Origin: Ignavibacteriaceae bacterium
GTDB lineage: Bacteria > Bacteroidota > Ignavibacteria > Ignavibacteriales > Ignavibacteriaceae
Reading direction: 5' to 3'
Length of the DNA: 64,000 nt
Assembly: GCA_013388545.1 (NCBI GenBank)
Contig: JACAFB010000041.1
Span: forward strand, 2,543 to 66,542
Of the stretch, positions 17,551-28,200 are shown in pieces. The notes beneath the pieces are model-generated. The model made no database searches. It saw only the letters and a program-made list of their open reading frames with translations, and was not told the DNA's origin. Every line of letters starts with the position of its first letter. Within the stretch, counting starts at the first letter, position 1. The position numbers and the translations under genes are program-made.

Positions 17551-18597
17551 ATGAATTTGCTGATTTCGAAGCTTGCTGATTTTGTTGGAGGCAAAGTATA
17601 TGGAAACGGAAATCTTTCTATCAGAAGCCTGGCAAAAATTCAGGAAGCAAAAGAAGGAGATTTGACTTTTCTTTATTTACCGGCTTATGAAAAATATTTT
17701 AAAGATACTAAAGCCTCGGCTATTCTTGTAAAACCAGGCTTTAGCAAAACAAGAAATGATATTACCTATATCGAAGTTAAAGATCCTAACAAAGCATTTT
17801 CAAAAATTATAATTGAATATTTCTCTCCTGATTTTAAGCTTACAGGTATCGACAGCTCGTGTTTTATTCATCCCGATACTTTGATTGGAAATAATGTTGC
17901 AATAGGAAAAAACGTGATAATTTCTGCAGGATGCAAGCTGGGAAATGATGTTAAAATATTTCATAATTCAGTTATTCTTGAAGACTGTGAAATCGGCGAT
18001 GAATCAGTAATATTTCCAAATGTCAGCATCAGGGAAAAATCAATTATTGGCAAAAGAGTAATTGTTCATTCCGGAACTGTTATTGGGGCGGATGGTTTTG
18101 GTTATTTTACCGATGAACAAGGTAAATACGTAAAGATACCTCAAATAGGAAATGTAATCATTGAGGATGATGTTGAACTTGGTGCAAATGTTACGGTTGA
18201 CAGAGCTGCCTTGGGCAGCACGATTATAAGAAGGGGAACGAAGATTGATAACCTTGTTCAGGTTGCACACAATGTTGAAATTGGCGAAGATACTGTAATT
18301 TCATCTCAAACAGGAATTTCAGGCAGTACAAAAATCGGTAATCATTGTATGATAGCCGGACAAGTAGGCTTTATCGGTCATATTGAAATTGCCGACGGAA
18401 CAGTCATAATTGCACAATCAGGGATTTCTAAATCAATCACAAAGCCGGGAAAATATTTCGGTACGCCTGCAAAAGAATTCAATGAAGCACTTCGGCAAGA
18501 AGCTCACATCAGAAATCTTTCGGATTATTCTAAAAGAATCAAACTGCTTGAAGAAGAATTAGAAAAGATTAAAATGAAATTCCCCGCCAGCGAATAA
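17551..18597 (+). CDS. lpxD: UDP-3-O-acylglucosamine N-acyltransferase
   Basis: 348 aa with an N-terminal uridine-binding-like region, long hexapeptide repeats, and GFGY...G...KIPQIG.V.IEDDVE.GAN..VDR. Confidence 0.93.
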   Translation: MNLLISKLADFVGGKVYGNGNLSIRSLAKIQEAKEGDLTFLYLPAYEKYFKDTKASAILVKPGFSKTRNDITYIEVKDPNKAFSKIIIEYFSPDFKLTGIDSSCFIHPDTLIGNNVAIGKNVIISAGCKLGNDVKIFHNSVILEDCEIGDESVIFPNVSIREKSIIGKRVIVHSGTVIGADGFGYFTDEQGKYVKIPQIGNVIIEDDVELGANVTVDRAALGSTIIRRGTKIDNLVQVAHNVEIGEDTVISSQTGISGSTKIGNHCMIAGQVGFIGHIEIADGTVIIAQSGISKSITKPGKYFGTPAKEFNEALRQEAHIRNLSDYSKRIKLLEEELEKIKMKFPASE

Positions 18598-18718
18598 ATT
18601 TTTATCACTTCGTTTTCAGCTACAGATATGTAATTAACTCTATAGGGCTTTATTGTATTTATAAGCCCATCTTGCTATTTTGAAACCCAATATTTTCAAA
18701 TTAAAGTGGAATCAAATT

Positions 18719-20137
18719 ATGCTAAAGCTTCAGAGGACTATTGCTAAATCAATCACTCTTTCTGGAACCGGGTTGCATACAGGTACCTCCTGTGAAATGA
18801 CTTTCAATCCCGCACCAGAAAACTATGGAATCAGATTTTTGCGTGTTGATTTGGGCGGTTCGCCTGAAATTCCTGCAATTGCAGATAATGTTGTCGATGT
18901 ATCAAGAGGAACAACACTGGGAGTAGGTGAAGCAAAAGTTCATACTGTAGAACATGTTTTAGCAGCGGTTGTTGGACTTCAAATTGATAACCTTAAAATT
19001 GAACTCAATGGTATTGAACCTCCGATTGGCGATGGCAGCGCTCTGATTTATGTTAATGCACTTAAAGAGGCGGGAATTGTTGAGCAAGAAGCTCCGAAGG
19101 ATTATTTAATCATTGATGAAACTTTTATTTATCACGACGAAGCCAAACAGATAGACATTGTTGCTCTTCCACTTGATAACTACCGTGTAACAGTAATGGT
19201 TGATTACCAAAATCCTGCTCTTGGCAGTCAGCATACCGGTATGTTCGATATGGAAAAAGAATTTGAAAACGAATTTGCACCTGCAAGAACATTTTGCTTT
19301 CTGAGTGAAGTCGAGCAGCTGGCTGATATGGGATTGATAAAAGGCGGTGATATTGATAATGCACTGGTTTTTATAGATCACAAAATTGATGATAATGAAT
19401 TAACCAAGCTTGGTGAAAAAATAGGACTTACTGAAAAACTTTTTTTAGGTGAGAACGGCATTCTAAACAACAAGCAGCTTAGATTTCGTAATGAACCTTC
19501 AAGGCACAAACTGCTGGACTTAATGGGAGACCTTGCACTTATCGGTGCCCCACTCAGAGCACAAATACTTGCCGCACGTCCGGGTCATAAAGCAAATGTT
19601 GAATTTGCGAAGCAAATCAGGAAATTATATCAGCAAAAAAGACTGGTTAAAAAATATCAGTTCGTAAAGACAGCCGGGGTGGTTTTTGATACAAGTGCAA
19701 TTGAAAGAATACTACCTCATCGTTATCCTTTTCTTTTAGTTGATAAGATTATCAGTCTTGAGCTCGATAAAAAAGTTGTTGGCGTAAAATCAGTAACTGT
19801 AAACGAGCCTTTTTTCCCGGGGCATTTCCCCGGTCAGCCGGTAATGCCCGGAGTTTTAATTCTTGAAGCAATCGCACAAACCGGTGGAATTTTATTACTA
19901 AATGCTTTCCCGGATCCAACCGAAAAACTTGTTTACTTTATGCAGATAAATAATGCTAAGTTCAGAAAAACAGTTGTCCCGGGAGATCAGCTTATACTTG
20001 AAGTTGAACTTACCCAAAAGAAGACTAAAGTTGTGCTTATGTCGGGCAAAGCATATGTAAATGATGTTCTTGTTGCAGAAGCTGATTTTATGGCTGGAAT
20101 AATTGATCGTCCAAAACAAAACGAAGAAGAAAAATGA
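18719..20137 (+). CDS. lpxC-fabZ: bifunctional UDP-3-O-acyl-GlcNAc deacetylase / 3-hydroxyacyl-ACP dehydratase (LpxC-FabZ fusion)
   Basis: The N-terminal half is LpxC (TLSGTGLHTG, TVEHVLAA, HKLLDLMGDLAL, GHKANVEFA). The C-terminal half is FabZ (LPHRYPFLLVDKI, FFPGHFPGQPVMPGVLILEA). The ORF track starts at TTG 18680; ATG 18719 aligns with LpxC N-termini. Confidence 0.93.
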   Translation: MLKLQRTIAKSITLSGTGLHTGTSCEMTFNPAPENYGIRFLRVDLGGSPEIPAIADNVVDVSRGTTLGVGEAKVHTVEHVLAAVVGLQIDNLKIELNGIEPPIGDGSALIYVNALKEAGIVEQEAPKDYLIIDETFIYHDEAKQIDIVALPLDNYRVTVMVDYQNPALGSQHTGMFDMEKEFENEFAPARTFCFLSEVEQLADMGLIKGGDIDNALVFIDHKIDDNELTKLGEKIGLTEKLFLGENGILNNKQLRFRNEPSRHKLLDLMGDLALIGAPLRAQILAARPGHKANVEFAKQIRKLYQQKRLVKKYQFVKTAGVVFDTSAIERILPHRYPFLLVDKIISLELDKKVVGVKSVTVNEPFFPGHFPGQPVMPGVLILEAIAQTGGILLLNAFPDPTEKLVYFMQINNAKFRKTVVPGDQLILEVELTQKKTKVVLMSGKAYVNDVLVAEADFMAGIIDRPKQNEEEK

Positions 20138-20910
20138 ATTTAATTCATCCTACTGCTATTGTAAGTTCCAAAGCCAAATTAGGAACGAATGTAAGTATTG
20201 GGCCATTCTCGATTATTCAGGATGATGTTGAAATCGGAGACAATACTTCGATTGCTTCACATTCAGTTATTTATAATGGTGCAAGGATAGGTTCGGATTG
20301 TAAAATTTTTCAGGGAGTATCAATTGCTCACATTCCACAGGTTTCGGGAATTAAAGATGTGCAATCTCAGGCAGTTATTGGGAATAGAGTAACCATTCAT
20401 GAATTTGTTACAATACACAAAGCCTCAAAAGAGCAGGGACAAACCAGAGTTGGTTCAAATGTTCTGCTAATGGCTTATGCTCATCTCGGCCACGATTCCT
20501 CTATTGGAGATAATTGTATTATTGCGAATGCTGTTCAGATTGCCGGTCACGTTCATATCGATGATTGGGCAATAATCGGCGGATCAACTCCTGTACACCA
20601 ATTTTGTTTTGTAGGTAAACATTGCATGATTGGAGGTGGATTCAGAGTTGTTAAAGATGTACCGCCTTATGTTCTTGCCGGAGAAGAACCTTTAAGATTT
20701 AACGGGCTCAATTCAGTTGGATTAAAGAGAAGAGGATTTTCCTCCGAACAGCTCGAGAACTTAAAACACATCTATAAGCTCATTTATGATTCCGGTATGA
20801 ATGTAACACAGGCTAAGGAAGCAATAAAAGAAAAGTATTCTTCCGATCCACTTGCAAAAGATGTTACGGAATTCATCGAGAAATCCAAACGCGGAATTAT
20901 TCCCAGATAA
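20134..20910 (+). CDS. lpxA: acyl-ACP--UDP-N-acetylglucosamine O-acyltransferase
   Basis: 258 aa with hexapeptide repeats, the catalytic His region AYAHLGHD, and NSVGLKRRGFS. 4-nt overlap with lpxC-fabZ. Confidence 0.93.
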   Translation: MNLIHPTAIVSSKAKLGTNVSIGPFSIIQDDVEIGDNTSIASHSVIYNGARIGSDCKIFQGVSIAHIPQVSGIKDVQSQAVIGNRVTIHEFVTIHKASKEQGQTRVGSNVLLMAYAHLGHDSSIGDNCIIANAVQIAGHVHIDDWAIIGGSTPVHQFCFVGKHCMIGGGFRVVKDVPPYVLAGEEPLRFNGLNSVGLKRRGFSSEQLENLKHIYKLIYDSGMNVTQAKEAIKEKYSSDPLAKDVTEFIEKSKRGIIPR

Positions 20911-20924
20911 TCTTAAGATAACCG

Positions 20925-21701
20925 ATGGTTGAAATTCATTCTACGGCCATAGTAAGCACTGAAGCAAGGTTAGGAGTTAATGTGAAAGTCGGACCTATGG
21001 CAATAATAAAAGATGACGTTGAAATAGGTGATAATTCAATTATCGGAAGCAAATCCGTTGTTTATGATGGAGCCAGAATTGGAAGTAATGTTACAATTTT
21101 AAATTCTGCTTCAATTGCTCATATACCTCAGGATAAAAAATTTCACGGTGAATATTCACTTTGTATTGTTGAACCAGGTTCAATTATTTATGATTTTGTC
21201 ACGCTCCACAGAGGTACCGAAGCCTCAGGAAAAACTGTAATTGGGAAAAATGTTGTTATTATGCACTACAGTCATGTAGCTCATGACTGTTACATAAATG
21301 ACAATGTGTTCATTGATAACTGTGTTCAGATTGGCGGACACGTTGAAGTGGGCACCGGTTCATTGCTTGAAAGCTATACTCAGATTCATCAATTCTGTAA
21401 GCTTGGTAAATTTGTAACGCTCATAACCGGATGTAAAGCTACAATGGATGTTCCTCCATTTATTATATGCAGTGATAAACCATTAAAGTACAAAGGGCTT
21501 AGTGAGGAACTTCTTCGGAAATCTGGCTACGATGAAAATCAGATAAAAACTCTTAATTCAATTTATAACATACTTTATAACTCAGGGCTTAACATTAGTC
21601 AGGCAAAAGAGAAAATTAAAGACTCTTTGGGAGAGAACGAGCTTGCTTCCGAAGTGCTTGATTTTATTAATGCAAGCAGCAGGGGAATTATCAGCAAATG
21701 A
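20925..21701 (+). CDS. second, diverged LpxA-family acyltransferase paralogue
   Basis: 258 aa, collinear with the upstream LpxA (roughly 40% identity by eye). HYSHVAHD is retained, but the GLKRRGF block is replaced by ELLRKSGY. Confidence 0.85.
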   Translation: MVEIHSTAIVSTEARLGVNVKVGPMAIIKDDVEIGDNSIIGSKSVVYDGARIGSNVTILNSASIAHIPQDKKFHGEYSLCIVEPGSIIYDFVTLHRGTEASGKTVIGKNVVIMHYSHVAHDCYINDNVFIDNCVQIGGHVEVGTGSLLESYTQIHQFCKLGKFVTLITGCKATMDVPPFIICSDKPLKYKGLSEELLRKSGYDENQIKTLNSIYNILYNSGLNISQAKEKIKDSLGENELASEVLDFINASSRGIISK

Positions 21702-22465
21702 CCTGGAAGTTCATAGATACAGGTGCAAGAGACGGCAGGTTCAATATGAACTTCGATCTTAAGCTTGCAGAAGAAAGCCAGAGTGAAGTTTGCATTCTGA
21801 GGCTGTACCAATGGAAACCATTCGCAATTTCACTTGGCGCAAATCAAAATCCTGAATCTGTAGATAAATTAAAAGCTTCCGCCGAGAATATTGATGTTGT
21901 GAAAAGACCAACCGGAGGAAGAGCAATTCTTCATTCTGAAGAATTAACTTATTCTGTAGTTTATCCGTTATCATTTAATTCTTCTGCAAAAACTATTTAT
22001 CATGAAATAAATCTCGCTCTTTTAGAGGGGTTAAAAAATTACAGTCCGGAACTTTCTGAGTGTGAGCTGGAATTTTCACAGCCAAATTTTCCTGATTTTT
22101 ATAAAAAGGATATCGGGAATATTTGTTTTGCTGTTTCAGCCAAAAGTGAATTGAAATTCAAAGGCAGAAAATTGGTTGGAAGCGCTCAGCGTAAAATGGC
22201 TGATAAAATTCTTCAACACGGTTCAATTTTATGTGGTAATTATCATAAACGAATTTCGGAATTTTTAATTATGGATTCTTTATCCATTGAAGAGATAAAA
22301 AATGAAATTGATAAAACCACTATTGATCTTTTTGAAATTCTTAATAAATCAATTGACTACGAAAAGTTAAAATCATCTATAAAAAAAGGATTTGAATTTC
22401 AATTCAACACAGCTTTCAGTGAGTTAAAGACTAATTTCAATTTGGTAGAACAGAATCTTAATTGA
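21698..22465 (+). CDS. lipoate-protein ligase / octanoyltransferase family protein (BPL_LplA_LipB domain, LipM-like)
   Basis: VKRPTGGRAILHSEELTYSV and GRKLVGSAQRK motifs. ATGA overlap with the lpxA paralogue. Confidence 0.75.
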   Translation: MTWKFIDTGARDGRFNMNFDLKLAEESQSEVCILRLYQWKPFAISLGANQNPESVDKLKASAENIDVVKRPTGGRAILHSEELTYSVVYPLSFNSSAKTIYHEINLALLEGLKNYSPELSECELEFSQPNFPDFYKKDIGNICFAVSAKSELKFKGRKLVGSAQRKMADKILQHGSILCGNYHKRISEFLIMDSLSIEEIKNEIDKTTIDLFEILNKSIDYEKLKSSIKKGFEFQFNTAFSELKTNFNLVEQNLN

Positions 22466-22563
22466 TAAATGGCTTTCTGTTTTCAGATTTTAATTTTTGT
22501 ATGACTGATTTAAGGTTTGATTTTCAGATTATTCCTCAATGTCCTATTTAAATATTGAAAGAT

Positions 22564-23700
22564 ATGCCCCACATTTTATCTAAGTTTATTTTATCGGTAC
22601 TTTCTATTTTAACTGTATTAAGCGGATCTTTCTATGCTCAGTCGCCGTCAGAAAAGATTGATTCGCGGAATTATCTTGAAGGTGCAATAATTTCCGGGAT
22701 TGTGAAAGAACCAGAATATCTTTGGGTTTCAACTTATGGCCAGGGTATTTACAGACTTTCTCTTAAAGAAGAAAAATGGATCAACTTTTCTACAAAAAGC
22801 AGAAATCTTGAAAACGATTTTTTCTTCAATATTGCGGTAAGCAAAGATTATCTCTGGGCTGGTACTACCGAAGGGTTGTTTATTTATAACAAGAAAAATA
22901 AAAAGTGGTCTAAAAAAACTTTTGCGCAGGGCGGGGAATTTGGAAACTGGATAAGAGCATTAAAATTTGATCCGGATAAAAATGTTTTATGGATAGGAAG
23001 ATTCAGAAATGTGACTTCACTTGATGTAAAAAAACAAATCTATACTGATTATAACAGAATTCAAGGGAATGATCAGAAGTCAAATAATTTCAAATCAATT
23101 TCCTTTGATGGCGACAGTGTAATTTGGTTTGGAACTGAATCCGGCGTACATAAACTATTAAAGAAAAAAAATCCTCAAAATGCTTATTCATGGTTATACA
23201 TCGATAACAAAGGAAAAAATTTTAATAATGAAGGTGATGCCGTTTCTGTTACATCGATATTACCTGATTATAAGTTTGTATGGTTTGGGACTGATGAGTT
23301 CATCACTGAGGAACAGCCTAATTTTAACGTTGGCGGAGTTTTTAAATTTAATCGTAGAAGCAGTTGGCACAAATATCATAAAGGCAGTGGATTAGCTGCA
23401 AACGGGATATACTGCCTTGAGCGCACCGGAAATTATATCTGGACAGGAGTATACTCTTTTGATAAAAATCAAAAAGAAGAATTTGGTAAAGGACTTTTCA
23501 TTATCAATAGAATTAACGGTAAAGTTCATCCGGTAGATTTAAATCAAATCAATATTTCTTCTTCAACAATTCTTGTTTTGTTTTTTGATGGAAAGAATAT
23601 CTGGATTGGAACTGACAGTGGTTTAGTAAAAGTCCGTATAGAAAATATTCTGGCCAAATGGATACTCAAAAAAGAAGTTCCCGTCATAAAAAAGAAGTAG
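22564..23700 (+). CDS. secreted beta-propeller repeat protein (two-component-regulator-propeller-like repeats), function unknown
   Basis: Signal peptide, then repeated LW(V/A/I)(S/G)T..G(I/L/V) blocks (LWVSTYGQGIY, LWAGTTEGLFIY, IWFGTESGVHKL, IWIGTDSGLVKV). The ORF-track TTG is at 22555. Confidence 0.6.
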   Translation: MPHILSKFILSVLSILTVLSGSFYAQSPSEKIDSRNYLEGAIISGIVKEPEYLWVSTYGQGIYRLSLKEEKWINFSTKSRNLENDFFFNIAVSKDYLWAGTTEGLFIYNKKNKKWSKKTFAQGGEFGNWIRALKFDPDKNVLWIGRFRNVTSLDVKKQIYTDYNRIQGNDQKSNNFKSISFDGDSVIWFGTESGVHKLLKKKNPQNAYSWLYIDNKGKNFNNEGDAVSVTSILPDYKFVWFGTDEFITEEQPNFNVGGVFKFNRRSSWHKYHKGSGLAANGIYCLERTGNYIWTGVYSFDKNQKEEFGKGLFIINRINGKVHPVDLNQINISSSTILVLFFDGKNIWIGTDSGLVKVRIENILAKWILKKEVPVIKKK

Positions 23701-23821
23701 CCTTTGAATTAAAAGTTATATCCTGCTTTTTTCCCAGCCAAATTCCTCTGCGTAATAGAATCTAACTTTATAAGCAATATTTTTATAACTATTTTAACAA
23801 CAAAGTATTTTGAAAGAAAGT

Positions 23822-24817
23822 ATGATAAATTTTTCAGATAAGAGGTTAAAGGAGTTAAAGAAAAATTTCTCCAACAAGCGTATAGCGGTCATCGGCGATA
23901 TGATGCTTGACTGTTATGTATGGGGTAATGTAAAAAGAATATCACCCGAAGCGCCGGTTCCTGTGGTTGAAATTGAAAATGAGTCTTTCAGGTTTGGAGG
24001 TGCAGCAAATGTCGCTTTGAATATTTTAAAGCTTGGTGGTAATCCGCTTCCTGTGGGTGTAATTGGTAAAGATAATTACGGCGATATTTTCAGGTCTTTG
24101 TTAAGTGAAACATCAATTCCGGCAAAAGGGCTTATTGTTGACGAAGAACGTTATACTACCGCAAAAACACGTATCATCGCTCATAGTCAGCATGTCGTAA
24201 GAATTGATAAAGAAAATAAAGAATACATAAGCAGGAAAATCCAGAATAGTCTCTTTGAAGTTCTCAAAGAGAGTATCAAAGATTTAAACGGGATTATCTT
24301 CCAGGATTATAACAAAGGAGTACTTACTCCTTCGCTGATAGAAAAAGCTATTTCTCTTGCCAATAAGAATAAAGTGCTGGTTACTGTTGATCCGAAATTT
24401 TCAAATTTCTTTCTCTATCGTAATGTTTCTGTTTTCAAACCCAACAGAAAAGAAGCAGAAGATGTGCTTGGAATGAAAATAAAAACAGATGAAGAAATAA
24501 CCTTTGCGGGAAGAAGGATTCTTGAAAAGCTGAATGCAAAAAATGTTCTTCTGACTTTAGGTGAAGGCGGAATAGCAGTTTTTGAAAAGGGTAAAAAAGA
24601 AAAAAGAATGCCTACAAAAGCCAGAAATGTTGCTGATGTATCAGGCGCAGGCGATACAGTAATTTCAACCTTGACTATGGCTCTTGCTGCAGGTGCTGAC
24701 ATTTACGAGGCATCTGCTTTGGCCAATTATGCGGCAGGTGTTGTGTGTGAAGAGGTTGGTATTGTGCCAATTGAACTGAATAAACTTTTTGATACAGTCC
24801 AAAAGGATTCAAAATGA
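23822..24817 (+). CDS. rfaE1: D-glycero-beta-D-manno-heptose-7-phosphate kinase (RfaE domain I, PfkB family)
   Basis: VIGDMMLDCYVWG, PEAPVPVV and GAGDTVIS motifs. The ORF-track TTG is at 23810. Confidence 0.85.
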   Translation: MINFSDKRLKELKKNFSNKRIAVIGDMMLDCYVWGNVKRISPEAPVPVVEIENESFRFGGAANVALNILKLGGNPLPVGVIGKDNYGDIFRSLLSETSIPAKGLIVDEERYTTAKTRIIAHSQHVVRIDKENKEYISRKIQNSLFEVLKESIKDLNGIIFQDYNKGVLTPSLIEKAISLANKNKVLVTVDPKFSNFFLYRNVSVFKPNRKEAEDVLGMKIKTDEEITFAGRRILEKLNAKNVLLTLGEGGIAVFEKGKKEKRMPTKARNVADVSGAGDTVISTLTMALAAGADIYEASALANYAAGVVCEEVGIVPIELNKLFDTVQKDSK

Positions 24818-25290
24818 GTGTTGTTCATTCAAGAAAAGAAATTATAGATATCAGAAACAGATTCAGGGAAGAAAAAAAGAAAGTTGTTTTTACAAACGGC
24901 TGCTTCGATTTAATTCACGCCGGGCATGTTGATTACTTAATAAAAGCCAGAGATTTGGGTGATGTCCTGATTGTCGGGCTTAATACTGATGATTCGGTAA
25001 TCAGAATTAAGGGAGATAAAAGACCGATTCTTAAGCAGGAAGAACGTGCATTCATCATCTCAAGCCTCAAGCCTGTTGATTACGTTACTTTTTTTGATGA
25101 AGATACTCCCGATGTGATAATCAAAGATTTGATCCCTGATATTTTAGTTAAAGGTGCTGACTGGAGTTATGAGAATATCGTCGGCAGAGAAGTTGTCGAA
25201 GCTAACGGAGGCGAAGTAAAAACAATAAAATTCATTAACGATCAATCAACATCTAAAATAATCAGCCTTATAATTGAAAGATATAAATAA
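24814..25290 (+). CDS. rfaE2: D-glycero-beta-D-manno-heptose 1-phosphate adenylyltransferase (RfaE domain II)
   Basis: 158 aa with the cytidylyltransferase motif TNGCFDLIHAGHVDYL. 4-nt overlap with rfaE1. Confidence 0.88.
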   Translation: MSVVHSRKEIIDIRNRFREEKKKVVFTNGCFDLIHAGHVDYLIKARDLGDVLIVGLNTDDSVIRIKGDKRPILKQEERAFIISSLKPVDYVTFFDEDTPDVIIKDLIPDILVKGADWSYENIVGREVVEANGGEVKTIKFINDQSTSKIISLIIERYK

Positions 25291-25298
25291 CTCCTGCC

Positions 25299-28200
25299 GT
25301 GAGTGAAGAAATTAAAAATCAGAATTCTGCTCCACCTAATTCCAAAAAGAAGAGAACACTCTTTCACAAAATTGTGAATGTCTTCATTTACACCGGAGTA
25401 GGAATTATTGTGGGACTGATGATTTTATTTGGAATAAGCCAGACATCAATGTTCAGGGAATTTCTTCGGGAAAAAATTATTACTATCGCCAACGGCGAAC
25501 TCAACGGTACACTTAACATTGAAAAGATTGAAGGTACTCTGTTCACTTCTTTGATCCTTCGCAATACCTCAATCAAAATGGGGAATGATACGCTTTTGAA
25601 TGCAGGTATGATTGATGTCCGGGTCAGTCCACTTAAAATGCTTTTCAAAATTATTTATATCAGAAAAATCACGATAGAATATACAACCATATCTTTTCTG
25701 AAAGATTCCAGCGGAACTTTGAATATCTCAAAACTATTTCCCCCTTCGGCGGAAGAAGATACTACTACAACTGAATTCCCATTTCTTATTCAGCTTGCAG
25801 ACTTGTCTTGTAAAAATATTAATTTTTCTTTACAGAGCTTCGATAAGAAAGGGAGTAAAGAATTTTATAACAATTTGAATCTTGATGATTTCAGGATAAA
25901 AAATCTGAATCTTAATCTTAAAGCGAGTGCCGATATTTCCGGCAGAATATTTTCGCTTAATATCGATCAGCTTTCATTCGAACCTAACATCAATAATTTC
26001 AGGTTGAGCAAACTAAGTGGGAATTTCGGTATTGCGAAGGATTTGATTGTTGTGGACGATTTTGCATTCCGAACTGGAAACTCAGTGCTGAATACTAATC
26101 TTGACATTAAAGGATTCGATTTGTTTTCGGAAGATTCTGCTCAAAATATCAATGATGCTTACCTTAATTTGAAACTTGATGCACAGGAATTTGATTTCAC
26201 AGATTTAACAACATTTGTACCTGCAACCGGGCTGCTTAAAGGAAAACTTTCAGTAGTCGCTGATGTTGGGGGCTCATTTAACAATCTTATGATTAAACAG
26301 CTTGAAATTAAAGTTGGTGAATCAATCCTCAAGACTTCGGGCAGACTTCAGGATTTGAGTAAAACCGAAAATCTAACTATCTCTGCAAGCTTTTATGAAT
26401 GTTCAATAAATCAGTCGGACGTTAAAAATTTATTACCAGATATTAATATCCCTTATTTTCCAGAATTAGGAACTCTGAGATTTGATACTTTGAGGTATGA
26501 AGGACAACCGCTTAAGTTCACTTCAACCTTTTATCTTCAAACTGACCGGGGGAATGTTGACGGGAATGTTTTTCTTGACCTGACCGGAAAGGATTTGGTT
26601 TATGACATTAGTTTCAATACCAGGAAGCTGGATATATCCCCATTTGCAGGATTGAGTTCTGTTCTTAATTCGTCCGGTTCGGTTAAAGGTTCGGGTACTT
26701 CGATTGAAACACTTAACTCAGAAATAAAATTTTTTGCAAGCAATTCAACACTTCAAGGTTATAGCCTTGGCAATTTGATGCTGGATGTTTCTGCTGCCGA
26801 AAAGAATATCGATTACACACTCAATCTTGATTCAGATACTTCTTACGCTTTTATAAAAGGAACTTTGGATTTTAGTTCTTCAGATAATCCCATTTATGAT
26901 TTTGACGGATATGGAAGAAGAATTAATCTTAAGAATTATCTGAAAGGAAATTCTTTATCAACAAACCTAAATTTTAATATTTCTGCCACTGGAAATGATT
27001 TTGATCCGGACAAAGCAGATTTATTCGTTAACCTTCTGCTTTACAATTCCACAATCAATAACATTGAAATTGACACAACAAGAACTATTGTTGATATAAG
27101 AACGATTGGTGAAAGGGAAAAAACTATCAACCTGATTTCCGACATTGCAGATGTTACTGTCAACGGCAAATTTTTTATTTCGGAATTAACAGGATTAATC
27201 TCAGCGGAATCGGAAATTATTTCGAAAGCTATAAGTGAAAAGATTGACCAGATTTCACCAGATTCACTGATTGAAAAAAACAGACTATCAACAAACTTTT
27301 CTGTTAATCGGAATAACTCATTTCTCAATCTGCCTCAAAATCCGGTTTTTATCGACTTTCTTGTTGATCTGAAGGATTTCAGACTGGTTTCACTTTTTCT
27401 TAAAGATAGCAAGCTTGATATCAATGGAAAAATATCCGGGAGTTTAAAAAGTGATCCTGATGATTTTGTTATGAACTTTTATACCGATCTTGATTATGTG
27501 AGATACTGGGGAAGCGAACAGGTATTTTTTCTTTCAAATATGAAGCTGGACTATAAATTAGAAAATTCATTAGGGCAGGCAGATTTCAATAACCTCAGAA
27601 GCGATTTGAAGCTTTCACTTTACCGTGCTTTTGCTGGCAGTTACTTAAACAAAATAAACTTTAAACTTAAGCTTAACGAAAGTATTGCAGCGATAGATTT
27701 TAGCGGATATGTTAACAATGATATATTCAGCAGATTAATAGGACAAGTGGATTTAACGTCAGATAAAGCTGCTCTTAACCTTGACTCGCTCGGAATTAAG
27801 TTCCGTGATTTTGCAATTTATAATCTGAGACCTGTTGAATTTAATTTTAAAGACAAAAAGCTTGATGTCAAAAATTTCCTTATCGGCAATGAAAATCAAA
27901 AACTTCAATTAGCTGGTTTTATAGATTTTAAATCCGGTCAGGATCTGAATATTTCTTTGAGGGATTTTCAGGTAAAAGAATTTTTCAGAGATTTGTTGGG
28001 AATGGAAGAACAGGAAAGTCCTCAGGGAAAAATTTCATTGAATGCATCCGTTGTCGGTACTTTAAATAATCCGGTAATAAATCTTAGTACTTCAATTGAT
28101 TCACTTCGTTATGGAAATTCAAAGCCCGTAATTATTAATGGTAAATTCGATTATGCAAACTCACTGCTTTATACTAATATTAAAATTCTGAATACTTTCA

